The notes: a model not told the origin generated them from the sequence alone. 64,000 bases of DNA from Anaeromyxobacteraceae bacterium (GCA_032654565.1 JAULAX010000010.1:160001-224000), one strand, 5' to 3'. Shown: positions 48,221 to 59,248, counted from the stretch's first letter. Program-made: numbers and translations.

Positions 48221-49045
48221 ATGTACCTCGAGCACTTCGGGCTGCGCCAGCGCCCCTTCTCCAAGACCCCCGACCCGGCCTTCCTCTACCTGTCGCGGCA
48301 GCACGCCGAGGCGCTGGCCCGCCTCTCCCACGCCGTCGAGGAGCGGGAGATCGCCGTGCTCACCGGCGAGATCGGGGTCGGCAAGACCACCCTGTCGCGG
48401 GCGCTGGTGGACGAGTTCGCCGAGCGCTGCCGCTTCAGCTTCGTCATCAACCCGGCCCTCCCGGCCGCCCAGCTGCTCTCCTCGATCGCCGAGGGCTTCG
48501 GCCTGCCAGCGGCCGGCAAGAAGAGCGAGACATGGTCGGCGCTGGCCAGCCACCTCGAGACCCTCGACGAGGCCGGCCAGTTCCCGGTGGTGGTGATCGA
48601 CGAGGCCCAGCTGCTGTCGGGGCGGGCCGCCTGGGACGAGCTGCGGCTCCTCACCAACCTGGCCGCCGACGATCGGCCGCTGGTCGGGCTCCTGCTCATC
48701 GGACAGCCGGAGCTGCGCGAGCGGCTCCGGGCCCACGGCGGCGAGCCGTTCGCCCAGCGGGTCGGCGTCGCCTACCACGTCGGCGCGCTCGACCAGGAGG
48801 AGGTGGGGCGCTACCTGGCCCACCGGCTGGAGGTGGCGGGCCGGACCGCGCCGCTCTTCACCGCCGACGGCGTGGCGGCGCTCCACCGCCGCTCCGGCGG
48901 CCTGCCGCGCCGGGTCAACCAGCTGGCGTCGACCGCGCTGCTGGAGGGCTTCGTGCGGGAGGTCACCCGCATCGACGCCGCGGTGGTCGAGGCGGTGGCC
49001 GAGGACCTGCGGGCCCACTTGGGAAGCCTGGGGGCGGCGGAGTAG
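48221..49045 (+). CDS. ExeA/GspA-like AAA ATPase (ATPase domain only)
   Basis: MYLEHFGL...PFSKTPDP, Walker A GEIGVGKT, Walker B VVVIDEAQ, LIGQPEL and SGGLPRRVN. Confidence 0.88.
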   Translation: MYLEHFGLRQRPFSKTPDPAFLYLSRQHAEALARLSHAVEEREIAVLTGEIGVGKTTLSRALVDEFAERCRFSFVINPALPAAQLLSSIAEGFGLPAAGKKSETWSALASHLETLDEAGQFPVVVIDEAQLLSGRAAWDELRLLTNLAADDRPLVGLLLIGQPELRERLRAHGGEPFAQRVGVAYHVGALDQEEVGRYLAHRLEVAGRTAPLFTADGVAALHRRSGGLPRRVNQLASTALLEGFVREVTRIDAAVVEAVAEDLRAHLGSLGAAE

Positions 49046-49060
49046 CATCCGACCCGGGCC

Positions 49061-50005
49061 ATGGACTTCCTGGAGATCCGGCGCAAGGCGAAGGAGCGGG
49101 CGGCGCGGGCCGCGCGGGCGGCGACGCCAGCGCCGCCGGCCGAGCCGCCGGCCGAGCCGCCGGTCACCGACCACCCCGCCGAGGCGGCCCCGGAGAGCCG
49201 GATCGAGCCGGCGCCGCGTCGGGCGCCGGCCCGCCCGCCGCTCCCCAACCGGCCGCCCTCGGTCAGCCCCGAGGAGCTGCGCGCCGAGGCCGAGCTGGGC
49301 AGCCGGGTGGCGGCGCTCCCGGCGGCGGCCGACTCCCGCTTCGTCACCTGGCGACCCGACGGCGGTGGCCTCCCCGACCTGGCGGCCATCGAGCCGCTGC
49401 AGGGCGAGGAGCTGTCCCCGCCCCCGGTGGCCGAGCCGGCCTGGGCGCTGGCCCCGGTGGCGCCCCTCGACGACTTCTTCTTCGACGAGGCCGAGGCGGC
49501 GCCGGGGGCCGGGCTGCTGCAGCTGCCGGGCGCGGCCGGGCTGGTGGCGCCGGAGGTGCTGGAGGAGTACCTGATCTTCCGCCTGGCCGGCGAGGCCTAC
49601 GCCGTCGAGATCGGGCGGGTGCTGGAGGTGTTGCGGACGCCGTCGATCACCGAGGTGCCCAGGGCCCCCGCCGACGTCTCCGGCGTCATCTCGGTGCGCG
49701 GCGAGGTGGTCACCGTGGTGGATCCGCGGGGCCGCCTCGGGCTGCCCCGCACCGACGGGCCGCCGGCCCGGCGGGTGGTGATCGTCGACGACGGCGAGGG
49801 GGCGTGCGGCCTGCTGGTCGACCGCGTCCTGGGCGTGGTCCGGCTGCCCCGCGGCGGCCTGGAGCCCTGCCCGCAGGCCCTGGGCGGGGCCGGCGGCGAC
49901 CTGTTCCTGGGGATCGGGCGGGAGCGGGAGCGGCTCTTCCTGGTGCTCGACACCCGGGCCCTGCTCCGGCCGCTGCGCCGGTCGGCCGAGGCGAGGCCGG
50001 CATGA
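49061..50005 (+). CDS. cheW: CheW with a long Pro-rich N-terminal extension
   Basis: YLIFRLAGEAYAV, ITEVPRAP, GVISVRGEV and GLLVDRV. Confidence 0.88.
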   Translation: MDFLEIRRKAKERAARAARAATPAPPAEPPAEPPVTDHPAEAAPESRIEPAPRRAPARPPLPNRPPSVSPEELRAEAELGSRVAALPAAADSRFVTWRPDGGGLPDLAAIEPLQGEELSPPPVAEPAWALAPVAPLDDFFFDEAEAAPGAGLLQLPGAAGLVAPEVLEEYLIFRLAGEAYAVEIGRVLEVLRTPSITEVPRAPADVSGVISVRGEVVTVVDPRGRLGLPRTDGPPARRVVIVDDGEGACGLLVDRVLGVVRLPRGGLEPCPQALGGAGGDLFLGIGRERERLFLVLDTRALLRPLRRSAEARPA

Positions 50006-50559
50006 TCGGGCCCCACGGGGAGGCGGCGACGGCCGGCGGCGGGAGCGCCGAGGTGCAGCTCTGCACCTTCCGGGTCTCGGGCGAGGACTTCGCCATCGAC
50101 ATCATGCGCGTCCGGGAGGTCATCCCGCCGGCGCCGCTCACCTCCGTGCCGGAGGCGCCGCGCCACCTCGCCGGGGTCTTCCGGCTGCGCGGCGAGGTGG
50201 TCCCGGTGGTGGACCTCTGCCAGCGACTCGGCCTGCGCCCCACCGAGCCCACCCGGCGGTCCAAGTACGTGGTGGTCAAGGTGGCCGGTCGGCTGCTGGG
50301 GCTCATGGTGGACGAGGTCTGCGAGGTGCTGCGGCTGCCCCGCGAGGAGCTCCGGCCGGCCCCCCCCGCCATCGACGCCACCGGGCTCCGTCTCTTCCTC
50401 GGCGTCTGCGACGGGGAGCGCGGCCCGGCCCGGGGCGGGCGGCGCGGCGGGGCCGGGCGGCTCCGGCTGCTGCTCAACGTCAAGGCCCTGCTCGACCCGG
50501 CCGGCGCCGACGACGGCGCGGCGGCCCGGGCGCTGCTGGCGGCGACGAGGGACGGATGA
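50002..50559 (+). CDS. cheW: CheW
   Basis: QLCTFRVSGEDFAIDIMRVREVI, LRGEVVPVVDL and GLMVDEV. Confidence 0.88.
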   Translation: MIGPHGEAATAGGGSAEVQLCTFRVSGEDFAIDIMRVREVIPPAPLTSVPEAPRHLAGVFRLRGEVVPVVDLCQRLGLRPTEPTRRSKYVVVKVAGRLLGLMVDEVCEVLRLPREELRPAPPAIDATGLRLFLGVCDGERGPARGGRRGGAGRLRLLLNVKALLDPAGADDGAAARALLAATRDG

Positions 50560-52661
50560 CCCGCGAGAGCACGCCGCTGGGGCGGGCGCACCACCCCGAC
50601 GAGGAGACCCGCTACCGGGCGGTCCTGGAGCTGGACGGCGCCCGGGAGCCCGAGCTGGCGGAGCTGCTGGCCCGGCTCTCCGACGCCAGCTGGCGGGTCC
50701 GCGCCGCCGCCGTGGAGCGGATCGGCGCCCTGGCCGATCCGGGGGGCGCCATCCCCAGGCTCATCGAGCTGCTCGACGACGCCGCGTCCATCGCCGGCCG
50801 GGCCGCGGCCGAGTCGGCGCTGGCCAGCTTCGGCGCCGTGGCCCTGCCGGCCATCTTGGTGCGGCTGGCCTCGGCGCGCGGCGATCGGCGGCTCTCGGCG
50901 GTGGCGGCGGTCGGTGCCATCGGCAGCCGCCGCGCCGTCCCGGCCCTGGTGGCCTGCCTCGCCGAGCCGGATCCGGCCCTGCGCGCCGCCGCCGCCGAGG
51001 GGCTGGGGAAGCTGGGCGGGCCGGAGGCGGTGGGGGCGCTGGTGGCCGCCCTCGACTCCGACGACGTCACCTTGCGGGCCACCGCCCTCGACGCCCTCGG
51101 GGCCCAGCGGGTCTCGCCGCCGGCGGCGCGGGTGGCGGCGCTGATGACCGAGCCGGCGCTGCGCCCCGGGGCCTACCGGGCGCTGGCGGCGAGCGACGAG
51201 CCGGCGGCGCTGGCGCTGCTGGGGCAGGGGCTGGCCGAGCCGGGGCGCTCGGCGCGGCTGGCGGCCCTGGCGGCCATCGGGGCCCAGCGTGCCCGGCGCC
51301 CGGTGGCGGCGCTGGCCCCGCTGGAGCGCGAGGTGCGCCGGGTCGGCGCCGGGTCGACGGCGGTGGCCGACGCCTGCGTGGCGGCGCTCGAGTCGAGCGA
51401 GCCGCAGGTGGCCGAGGGGGCCCTGCTGGTGCTGGGCTGGATCGGCGAGGTCGACCACGCCCCGGCGGTGGCCCGGCGGGCGGCCGACGACCGGCTCCGT
51501 CCGCTGGTGGAGCAGGCGCTGGAGTCGCTCCCGGGCGGCGCCGGGCTGGTGGCGGCGCTCGGCCAGGTGCTGGTGGAGCTGTCGCCGGTGGCCCGGGTGG
51601 CCGCCTTCGCCGCCATGGCCCGGGCCGGCGAGGCGTCGGCGCTCCAGGCGCTGCTGGAGAGGGCCGCCGACCCGGATCCGCTGGTGCAGGTCGAGGCCAT
51701 CGGGGCGCTGGGGCGGCTGGGCCTGCCGGCCGGCGCCACGGTGCTGGGTGGGCTGCTCGACGACGGGGCGCCGGCGCTGGCCGGGCTGGCCGCCGACGCG
51801 CTCATCGGGATCGGGCGGCGCTCCGAGGCCGGCCGGCGCGTGGTGCTCCTGGAGTGCCGGGCCCGCGCCGCCGCCGGGGGCTCGGCGGCGCTCTTCCGCG
51901 TGCTGGGGGCCTGCGGCGAGGGGGAGGACCTGCGGCTGGTGCGGACCGGGCTGGGCGCCGGCGCCGTGGAGCGGCGGGTGGCGGCGGCGGCCGCGGTGGC
52001 GGCGCTGGGGAAGCGACGGCTGCTGCGAGGCGAGCACGTCGCCGAGCTGATCGCGGCGCTCTCGGATCCGGCCTGGCCGGCCCGGGTGGCGGCGGCCCGG
52101 GCCTTCGCCGAGCTGGCCGAGGCCAACTTCGAGGCCCGGCTGGGAGACCCGGAGCAGGGCGAGCACCCGCTCTGCGCGCCGGCCATGAAGGGCCTGCGCG
52201 GGGCGCTCGAGGACCCCGAGGCGCCGGTGCGCGCGGCCGCGGCCGAGGCGCTCGGGGCCTGCGGACGTCCCGAGCACCGACCCGCCATCGTGGCGCTGGC
52301 CGAAGATGGCTCCGCCCCGGCCCTGGTGGTGGTGGCGGCGCTGCGGGCGCTGGCCCTGCTGGGACCGCCCGACGCCGCCCTGCTGCGGGCGCTGCTGGGC
52401 CACCCCGACGCCGAGGTGGCCAAGGCGGTGGTGGCCGCGTCCGCCCGCGTACCGGGGGAGCCGGGACGCCAGCTGCTGCGCCTCGCCCTCTCCGGCGGGC
52501 GCTGGGACGTGCGGCTGGCGGTGGCCGGGGCCATCGTCGAGCGCCGCGACCCGGGCCTGCGGGACGAGGCGGCGCGGGCCGCCGCGGCCGAGCCGGATCC
52601 GCTGGTGGCCCGGGCCCTGGCCGACGCGGCGCTGGGGCTGGCGGGGGGGCGCCGACCCTGA
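50556..52661 (+). CDS. HEAT/PBS-lyase repeat protein
   Basis: Repeated L.D....VR..AA.ALG units throughout. Confidence 0.85.
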   Translation: MTRESTPLGRAHHPDEETRYRAVLELDGAREPELAELLARLSDASWRVRAAAVERIGALADPGGAIPRLIELLDDAASIAGRAAAESALASFGAVALPAILVRLASARGDRRLSAVAAVGAIGSRRAVPALVACLAEPDPALRAAAAEGLGKLGGPEAVGALVAALDSDDVTLRATALDALGAQRVSPPAARVAALMTEPALRPGAYRALAASDEPAALALLGQGLAEPGRSARLAALAAIGAQRARRPVAALAPLEREVRRVGAGSTAVADACVAALESSEPQVAEGALLVLGWIGEVDHAPAVARRAADDRLRPLVEQALESLPGGAGLVAALGQVLVELSPVARVAAFAAMARAGEASALQALLERAADPDPLVQVEAIGALGRLGLPAGATVLGGLLDDGAPALAGLAADALIGIGRRSEAGRRVVLLECRARAAAGGSAALFRVLGACGEGEDLRLVRTGLGAGAVERRVAAAAAVAALGKRRLLRGEHVAELIAALSDPAWPARVAAARAFAELAEANFEARLGDPEQGEHPLCAPAMKGLRGALEDPEAPVRAAAAEALGACGRPEHRPAIVALAEDGSAPALVVVAALRALALLGPPDAALLRALLGHPDAEVAKAVVAASARVPGEPGRQLLRLALSGGRWDVRLAVAGAIVERRDPGLRDEAARAAAAEPDPLVARALADAALGLAGGRRP

Positions 52662-53522
52662 ATGGACGCCGTCGCACGACGCCCGGTCCTGGTCGAGGCC
52701 ACCTTCCGCCTCCTGCGCGAGCAGTTCCACGATCGCTTCGGACTCTGGTTCCACGACGACCTGCGCTTCCTGCTGGAGCTGCGGCTCGGCCCGCGCCTGG
52801 CCCTGCACGGCCTGCCCGACTTCGACGCCTACCAGCGCTTCCTGCGGCTCGATCCGCGAGGCCCCGCCGAGCTGCTCGACGCCGTCGAGGTGCTCACCAC
52901 CAACGAGACCTACTTCTACCGGGAGCCGGAGCAGCTGCGCGCCCTGGAGCGGGACATCCTCCCATCGCTGGCCCGGGAGCGGGGCGGTGAGCGGCGGCTG
53001 CGGCTGCTCTCGGCCGGCTGCTCCACCGGCGAGGAGGCCTACACGCTGGCCGCGCTCCTGCTGGGCGCCGGGCGCTTCGACGGCTGGGAGCTGGAGGTGC
53101 GGGGCGTCGACCTCTCCCGGCGCTGCCTGGCCCGGGCCGAGGCCGGCGCCTACGGCGACCAGGCCTTCCGCAGCACCGAGGGGCAGGCGCTGCGGCGCTG
53201 GTTCCACCTCCAGGACGGGCGCTGGGTGGTGGACGAGGCGCTGCGGCGGCTGGTGCACCTCGGCCCCGCCAACCTGCTCGACGGCGTGGGGCTGCCGCCG
53301 GGCCCCTTCGACGTCATCCTCTGCCGCAACGTGCTGCTCTACTTCGACCCGCCGGCGCGGCGGCGGGTGCTGCGCCACCTCCACGCCCGCCTCGGCGAGG
53401 GCGGCTGGCTGCTGCTGGGCCACGCCGAGTCGCTGCTGCAGCTGAGCGCCGACTTCGAGCTGGTCCGCCTGGAGCGGGAGCTGGTCTTCCGCAAGCCGCG
53501 CGCCGCCGCGGGGGCCCCGTGA
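52662..53522 (+). CDS. cheR: Chemotaxis methyltransferase CheR
   Basis: TTNETYFYRE, SAGCSTGEEAY, FDVILCRNVLLYF and LLGHAES. Confidence 0.95.
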   Translation: MDAVARRPVLVEATFRLLREQFHDRFGLWFHDDLRFLLELRLGPRLALHGLPDFDAYQRFLRLDPRGPAELLDAVEVLTTNETYFYREPEQLRALERDILPSLARERGGERRLRLLSAGCSTGEEAYTLAALLLGAGRFDGWELEVRGVDLSRRCLARAEAGAYGDQAFRSTEGQALRRWFHLQDGRWVVDEALRRLVHLGPANLLDGVGLPPGPFDVILCRNVLLYFDPPARRRVLRHLHARLGEGGWLLLGHAESLLQLSADFELVRLERELVFRKPRAAAGAP

Positions 53523-54580
53523 CCGCGCCGCTCCCCTCGGGCCGGCTGCGGCTGCTGCTGGTGGACGACTCGATGCTCAGCCTCGGCGAGCTGCAGCGGG
53601 TGATGGAGAGCTCCAGCGACTTCGAGGTGGTCGGCCACGCCCGCGACGGCGAGCAGGCCCTCCGCGAGGTGATGACGCTGCGCCCCGACGCCATCGTCCT
53701 CGACCTGCAGATGCCGCGCATGGACGGGTACACCTTCCTGCGGCTGCTGATGGCGCGGCGGCCCACCCCGGTGATCGTCCTCTCCTCCAACTCGCGGCGC
53801 TCCGACGTCTTCAAGACCCTGGAGCTGGGCGCCCTCGACTTCGTGGCCAAGCCGGAGCGGGGCGGCCTGGAGTCGGTCCGCGAGGAGCTGCTGGCCAAGT
53901 GCGGCGTGATCCGGGCGCTGCGGATCGAGAACCTCGCCGCCCGGGCCCGGCCCGAGCAGGAGCCGGCCGCCCCGCGGCCGCCGGTGGCGCCGACGCGCCT
54001 GGTGGTGATCGGGGCCTCGACCGGCGGGCCCCAGGCGCTGCAGGAGCTGCTGGGGGCGCTGCCTGGCGACCTGCCCCTCGGCATCCTGGTGGCGCAGCAC
54101 ATGCCGGAGACCTTCACCCGGGCCTTCGCCGACCGGCTGGGCCGATCCTCGGCCTTCACCGTGGCCGAGGCGGCCGAGGGCGACCTGGTGGCGGCCGGCC
54201 GGGTGCTGATCGCGCCGGGCGGTCACCACCTGGAGCTGCGCCGGGAGCGGGGCAGCGGCGAGCTGCGGGTGGCGCTGGCGCCGCCCGAGGCCGGGGGCTA
54301 CTCGGCGCGCTACTGCCCCAGCGTCGATCGGCTCTTCACCTCGGCGGCCCTGGCCATGCCGCGGCGGCTCTGCGCCGTGGTGCTGACCGGGATGGGAAAC
54401 GACGGCGCCGCCGGCGTCCGGGCGGTCAAGGCGGCCGGCGGGCTGACGCTGGCCGAGTCGGAGCTGACCGCGGTGATCTACGGGATGCCGCGGGCGGCGG
54501 TGGCCACGGGGAGCGTGGACCAGTCGCTCGGGTTGTCGGAGATGGCGGGGAGGCTGGCGGCGTTCGCGCGGGAAGGGTGA
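53519..54580 (+). CDS. cheB: Chemotaxis response regulator/methylesterase CheB
   Basis: REC domain plus GASTGG, QHM, PSVD, LTGMGND and YGMP. Confidence 0.95.
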   Translation: MTAPLPSGRLRLLLVDDSMLSLGELQRVMESSSDFEVVGHARDGEQALREVMTLRPDAIVLDLQMPRMDGYTFLRLLMARRPTPVIVLSSNSRRSDVFKTLELGALDFVAKPERGGLESVREELLAKCGVIRALRIENLAARARPEQEPAAPRPPVAPTRLVVIGASTGGPQALQELLGALPGDLPLGILVAQHMPETFTRAFADRLGRSSAFTVAEAAEGDLVAAGRVLIAPGGHHLELRRERGSGELRVALAPPEAGGYSARYCPSVDRLFTSAALAMPRRLCAVVLTGMGNDGAAGVRAVKAAGGLTLAESELTAVIYGMPRAAVATGSVDQSLGLSEMAGRLAAFAREG

Positions 54581-54587
54581 GGACTTC

Positions 54588-55892
54588 CTAGGGCGAGATC
54601 CGCTCCATCATCCGCGCGAAGGGGATGGTCTCCCGGACGTGGTGCAGGCCGCAGACCCAGGCCACGCACCGCTCCACGCCCATGCCGAAGCCGGCGTGCG
54701 GGACGGTGCCGTAGCGGCGCAGGTCGAGGTACCACTCGAAGGCCTCCTTGGGCAGGCCGTGGGCGGCGATGGCCGCCTCCAGCGTCGCCAGGTCCTCCTC
54801 GCGCTGGCCTCCGCCGATGATCTCGCCGTACCCCTCCGGCGCCAGCACGTCGCAGCCGAGCGCCACCGTGGGGTCATGGGGGTCCTTCTTGAAGTAGAAG
54901 GCCTTCATGGCGGCCGGGTAGCGGTGGACCATCACCGGACGGTCGTAGGCGCTGGCCAGCACCGTCTCCTCGTCGCCGCCGATGTCGTCGCCCCAGGTCA
55001 TGGGGTGGCCGGCCTTCTGCAGCACCTCGACCGCCTCGGTGTAGGTGATGCGCGGGAAGGGGGGCTTGACGTTCTTCAGCTTCGACACGTCCCGCTCCAG
55101 GATGGTGGCCAGCTCCTGCTCGTGCTTGGCCAGCACCTTCTCCACCACCGAGGAGACGAACTGCTCCATCAGCTCCATGTCCCCTTCCAGGTCCATGAAG
55201 GCCACCTCCGGCTCCACCATCCAGAACTCGGTGAGGTGGCGCCGGGTCTTCGACTTCTCGGCGCGGAAGGTGGGGCCGAAGCAGTAGACCTTGCCGAGCG
55301 CCATGGCGCCGGCCTCCATGTAGAGCTGCCCCGACTGCGTCAGGTAGGCCTTGCCGAGGTCGAAGTAGGGGACCTCGAAGAGGCTGCTGGTCCCCTCGCA
55401 GGCCGCCGGCGTGAAGATGGGGGCGTCCACCAGCGTGAAGCCCCGCTCGTCGAAGAAGTCGCGGATGGCCTTGACCACCGTGGCCCGCACCCGCAGCACC
55501 ACGGTCTGCCGCTGCGAGCGGAGCCAGAGGTGGCGCTGCTCCATGAGGAAGGCGACGCCGTGCTCCTTGTGGCCGAGCGGGAACTCCTGCGACGGCTTGG
55601 CGAACACCGTCAGGTCGCGGACGTCGAGCTCGTAGCCGAGGGGCGAGCGCTCGTCCTTCTTCACCAGGCCGCGGACCGAGATGGAGGTCTCCTGCGGCAG
55701 GTGGTCGGCCTCGAAGAAGACCTCCGGGGTGACGTTCCCCTTGAAGACCACGCACTGGATGATCCCGGTGCCGTCGCGCAGCTTGAGGAAGTGGAGCTTC
55801 CCCTTGGAGGCGCGGTGGTGGAGCCAGCCGTGGAGGGTGACCTCCTGGCCTTCGTGCGTGGCGATGTCGGCGACGTGGACGGGGGGGAACAT
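54588..55892 (-). CDS. asnS: Asparagine--tRNA ligase
   Basis: OB fold, [40 protein letters not shown] and [10 protein letters not shown]. Confidence 0.93.
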   Translation of the reverse strand: MFPPVHVADIATHEGQEVTLHGWLHHRASKGKLHFLKLRDGTGIIQCVVFKGNVTPEVFFEADHLPQETSISVRGLVKKDERSPLGYELDVRDLTVFAKPSQEFPLGHKEHGVAFLMEQRHLWLRSQRQTVVLRVRATVVKAIRDFFDERGFTLVDAPIFTPAACEGTSSLFEVPYFDLGKAYLTQSGQLYMEAGAMALGKVYCFGPTFRAEKSKTRRHLTEFWMVEPEVAFMDLEGDMELMEQFVSSVVEKVLAKHEQELATILERDVSKLKNVKPPFPRITYTEAVEVLQKAGHPMTWGDDIGGDEETVLASAYDRPVMVHRYPAAMKAFYFKKDPHDPTVALGCDVLAPEGYGEIIGGGQREEDLATLEAAIAAHGLPKEAFEWYLDLRRYGTVPHAGFGMGVERCVAWVCGLHHVRETIPFARMMERISP

Positions 55893-55962
55893 GGGGGCGG
55901 ACCATACCGCGCGGCGACGGTGCGGAAAAGCGCCCGGTTCTCGGCTACAATCCGCCCCCCTT

Positions 55963-58464
55963 ATGAGCATGAACGAGCGCTACGAACCGCAGTCGATCGA
56001 GTCCCGCTGGCAGGAGCGGTGGGCCGCCGCCGGGGTCTTCAAGGCCGGCCGCCGTCCCCAGGCCGAGCCCCGCTACGTCCTGGAGATGTTCCCGTACCCG
56101 TCGGGCGCCATGCACATGGGCCACGCCCGGGTCTACACCATCGGCGACGCCCTGGCCCGCTGGCTGCGCATGCGCGGCCACGACGTGCTTCACCCCATCG
56201 GCTTCGACGCCCTGGGGCTGCCGGCCGAGAACGCCGCCATCAAGGACGGCCGCCACCCGGCCGAGCGGACCGCCGAGAACATCGTCAGCTTCCGCGCCGA
56301 GATGAAGCGGCTCGGCTACGCCTTCGACTGGGACCGCGAGGTGGTCACCGCCGACCCCTCCTACTACCGCTGGAACCAGTGGTTCTTCCTGAAGATGCTG
56401 GAGAAGGGGATCGTCTACCGCCGCCAGGGCAAGGCCAACTGGTGCACCGGCTGCATGACGGTGATCGCCAACGAGCAGGTGGTGGACGACAACCTCTGCG
56501 AGCGCTGCAGCTCGCCGGTGGTGGAGAAGGTGATCGGCGAGTGGGCCTTCCGCATCACCGCCTACGCCGAGCGGCTGCTGGAGGGGCTGGACACGCTCAC
56601 CGCGTGGCCGGAGCGGATCACCACCATGCAGCGAAACTGGATCGGCAAGTCGACCGGGGCCGAGATCGACTTCGCGGTGCAGGGGGGCGCCGAGAAGATC
56701 AAGGTCTTCACCACCCGGGTCGACACCATCTTCGGCTGCACCTACGTGGTGCTGGCGCCGGAGCACCCGCTCACCGTGGCGGTGACCCGGCCGGAGCGGC
56801 GGGCCGAGGTCGAGGCCTTCGTGGCCCGGATGCGGAAGACCGAGGCGGCCGAGCGGACCGGGGAGGGGGCGCCCAAGGAGGGCGTCTTCACCGGCGCCTT
56901 CGCCGTCAACCCGTTCAACGGCGAGGCGGTGCCGGTCTGGATCGCCAACTTCGTCCTCGCCGAGTACGGCACCGGCGCGGTGATGAGCGTCCCGGCCCAC
57001 GACCAGCGCGACTTCGAGTTCGCCCGGAAGTACGCCCTCCCCATCCGCACCGTGATCCAGCCGGTCGCCGGGGAGCGGACCCCGACCGGTGACGGGCTGG
57101 CCGCCGCCACCACCGGGGACGGCGTCACCGAGGGCTCCGGGGCCTTCTCCGGCCTCCCCTCGGCCGTGGCCCGCGAGCGGATGGGCGCCCGGGCGGCCGC
57201 CGACGGGTTCGGCGGGCCGACGGTCCGCTGGCACCTGCGCGACTGGGGCTTCTCCCGCCAGCGCTACTGGGGGACGCCCATCCCCATCGTCTACTGCGAC
57301 ACCCACGGCGCGGTGGGGGTCCCGCTCGACCAGCTGCCGCTGAAGCTGCCGCCCCAGGCCATCATCACCGGCACCGGCGAGCCGCCGCTGGCCAAGGTCC
57401 CGGAGTTCGTCAACACCACCTGCCCCACCTGCGGGGGGCCGGCTCGGCGCGAGACCGAGACCATGGACACCTTCGTCGACTCGGCCTGGTACTACGCCCG
57501 CTACCTCTCGCCCCGCGACGAGACCCAGCCCTTCGATCCGGCCGCGGCGCGCCGCTGGCTGCCGGTCGACGTCTACGTCGGCGGCCCCGAGCACGCCGTC
57601 ATGCACCTGCTCTACTTCCGGTTCTGGCACCGGGTGATGCACGAGCTGGGGCTCACCGCCGAGCCGGAGCCCTGCAAGCGGCTGGTCACCCAGGGGATCG
57701 TCAACGGCCCCGACGGGCGCAAGATGTCGAAGCGCTGGAACAACGTGGTGGCGCCCGGCTACATGATGGACCGGTTCGGCGCCGACACGGTGCGGCTCTT
57801 CATGCTCTTCGCGGCCCCGCCGGAGAAGGACATCGACTGGTCGGACGAGCAGGTCGACGGCCTGTTCCGCTTCCTCACCCGGATCTGGCGCCTCTTCCAC
57901 GCGCGGCAGGGCTGCTTCGCCGCGCCCGCGGCGGCGGCGGCCCAGGCCACCGGCCCCTTCCTCGAGCTCCGCCGGCGCACCCACCGGACCATCAAGAAGG
58001 TCACCGAGGGGATGCAGGAGGACCTGAAGTTCAACACCGCCATCGCCGCGCTCATGGAGCTGATGAACGAGCTGCAGGGGCTGGAGCCGAAGACCGAGGC
58101 GGAGCAGGCGGCGGTGCGCGAGGGGCTGGTGGCCATGGCCACGCTGCTGGCGCCCTTCGCTCCCCACGTGGCCGAGGAGCTCTGGCACGAGGTCCTGGGG
58201 GCGCCGGCCCGGGACCGGCTGCTGGCCGAGGAGCCCTGGCCGGGCTTCGACGAGGCGCTCATCGTCTCCGACACCGTCACCATCGCCGTCCAGGTGAACG
58301 GCAAGCTGCGCGGCGAGGTGCAGGTGCCGGCCGCCGCCGGCGAGGCCGAGGTGCGGGCCGCCGCCGAGGGGCAGGAGAAGGTGCAGGGCTACCTGGCCGG
58401 CAAGCCGGTGAAGAAGGTGGTCTACGTCCGCGGCCGGCTCATCAACTACGTGGTGGGGGGGTAG
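55963..58464 (+). CDS. leuS: Leucine--tRNA ligase
   Basis: [35 protein letters not shown] and VQVNGKLR. Confidence 0.97.
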   Translation: MSMNERYEPQSIESRWQERWAAAGVFKAGRRPQAEPRYVLEMFPYPSGAMHMGHARVYTIGDALARWLRMRGHDVLHPIGFDALGLPAENAAIKDGRHPAERTAENIVSFRAEMKRLGYAFDWDREVVTADPSYYRWNQWFFLKMLEKGIVYRRQGKANWCTGCMTVIANEQVVDDNLCERCSSPVVEKVIGEWAFRITAYAERLLEGLDTLTAWPERITTMQRNWIGKSTGAEIDFAVQGGAEKIKVFTTRVDTIFGCTYVVLAPEHPLTVAVTRPERRAEVEAFVARMRKTEAAERTGEGAPKEGVFTGAFAVNPFNGEAVPVWIANFVLAEYGTGAVMSVPAHDQRDFEFARKYALPIRTVIQPVAGERTPTGDGLAAATTGDGVTEGSGAFSGLPSAVARERMGARAAADGFGGPTVRWHLRDWGFSRQRYWGTPIPIVYCDTHGAVGVPLDQLPLKLPPQAIITGTGEPPLAKVPEFVNTTCPTCGGPARRETETMDTFVDSAWYYARYLSPRDETQPFDPAAARRWLPVDVYVGGPEHAVMHLLYFRFWHRVMHELGLTAEPEPCKRLVTQGIVNGPDGRKMSKRWNNVVAPGYMMDRFGADTVRLFMLFAAPPEKDIDWSDEQVDGLFRFLTRIWRLFHARQGCFAAPAAAAAQATGPFLELRRRTHRTIKKVTEGMQEDLKFNTAIAALMELMNELQGLEPKTEAEQAAVREGLVAMATLLAPFAPHVAEELWHEVLGAPARDRLLAEEPWPGFDEALIVSDTVTIAVQVNGKLRGEVQVPAAAGEAEVRAAAEGQEKVQGYLAGKPVKKVVYVRGRLINYVVGG

Positions 58465-58468
58465 GGCG

Positions 58469-58951
58469 GTGGCACGTCGCCGGGGCTGGGGCGGGGCGCT
58501 GCTGGCGGCCACGGCGCTGGCGCTGGGCGGCTGCGGCTACACCGTCTCGGCGGGGCTGAAGCTCCGCGGCGGCGCCGGGCGCGCCGAGGTCCGGGTCTTC
58601 GAGAACCACTCCACCGATCCCTCGGTGGGGGTGGAGGTGACCTCGGCGCTGCGCGAGGCGCTGGCGCGGCGGGGCGCGGTCGGCGACGGCGCCGGGGCGG
58701 TCATCGACGGGGAGGTGCTCACCGAGAGCGTGGCCCCCTCGTTCGGCAGCGGCGCCACCATGCGGGTGTCCCTGGTGGTCCGGGCCCGGCTGCTGGTCGA
58801 CGGCGTGCTGGTGGTGGAGCGCCAGGCCCGGCGCGAGGCCGACTACCTGGCCGGGGCCGATGCGCTGGAGGGCGAGGCGAGGCGCGCCCAGGCGCTGCGG
58901 CGGCTCGCCGGAGAGGCGGCCCGCGACGTCCTGAGCGCGTTCCTGGAGTAG
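58469..58951 (+). CDS. lptE: LptE-like LPS assembly lipoprotein
   Basis: Lipobox LGGCGY and FENHS. Position immediately after leuS matches the common leuS-lptE order. Confidence 0.7.
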   Translation: MARRRGWGGALLAATALALGGCGYTVSAGLKLRGGAGRAEVRVFENHSTDPSVGVEVTSALREALARRGAVGDGAGAVIDGEVLTESVAPSFGSGATMRVSLVVRARLLVDGVLVVERQARREADYLAGADALEGEARRAQALRRLAGEAARDVLSAFLE

Positions 58952-58978
58952 GCGGCGCCGGGCGGCGCGCCCACCGGG

Positions 58979-59248
58979 CTACTTCTTGGAGGCCTTCGCC
59001 AGGGCGTGCGCCAGGCGGGAGATCTTCCGGGAGGCGGCGTTCTTGTGGACCACGCCCTTCGACCCGCCCTTGGCGATGGTCCGCTCCGCGACCTTGAGGG
59101 CCACGGCGGCGCCGGTGGTGTCGCCCTTCTCCAGGGCCTCGCGCACCTTCTTGACGGCGCTCTTCACGCCGGTGCGGACCTGGACGTTGCGGGTGCGGCG
59201 CTTCTGCGCCTGACGGTTGCGCTTCTGGGCCGAGACGGTGTTCGCCAA
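58979..59248 (-). CDS. rpsT: 30S ribosomal protein S20
   Basis: MANTVSAQKRNRQ...KGVVHKNAASRKISRL; TTG start after GGAG. Confidence 0.96.
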   Translation of the reverse strand: MANTVSAQKRNRQAQKRRTRNVQVRTGVKSAVKKVREALEKGDTTGAAVALKVAERTIAKGGSKGVVHKNAASRKISRLAHALAKASKK

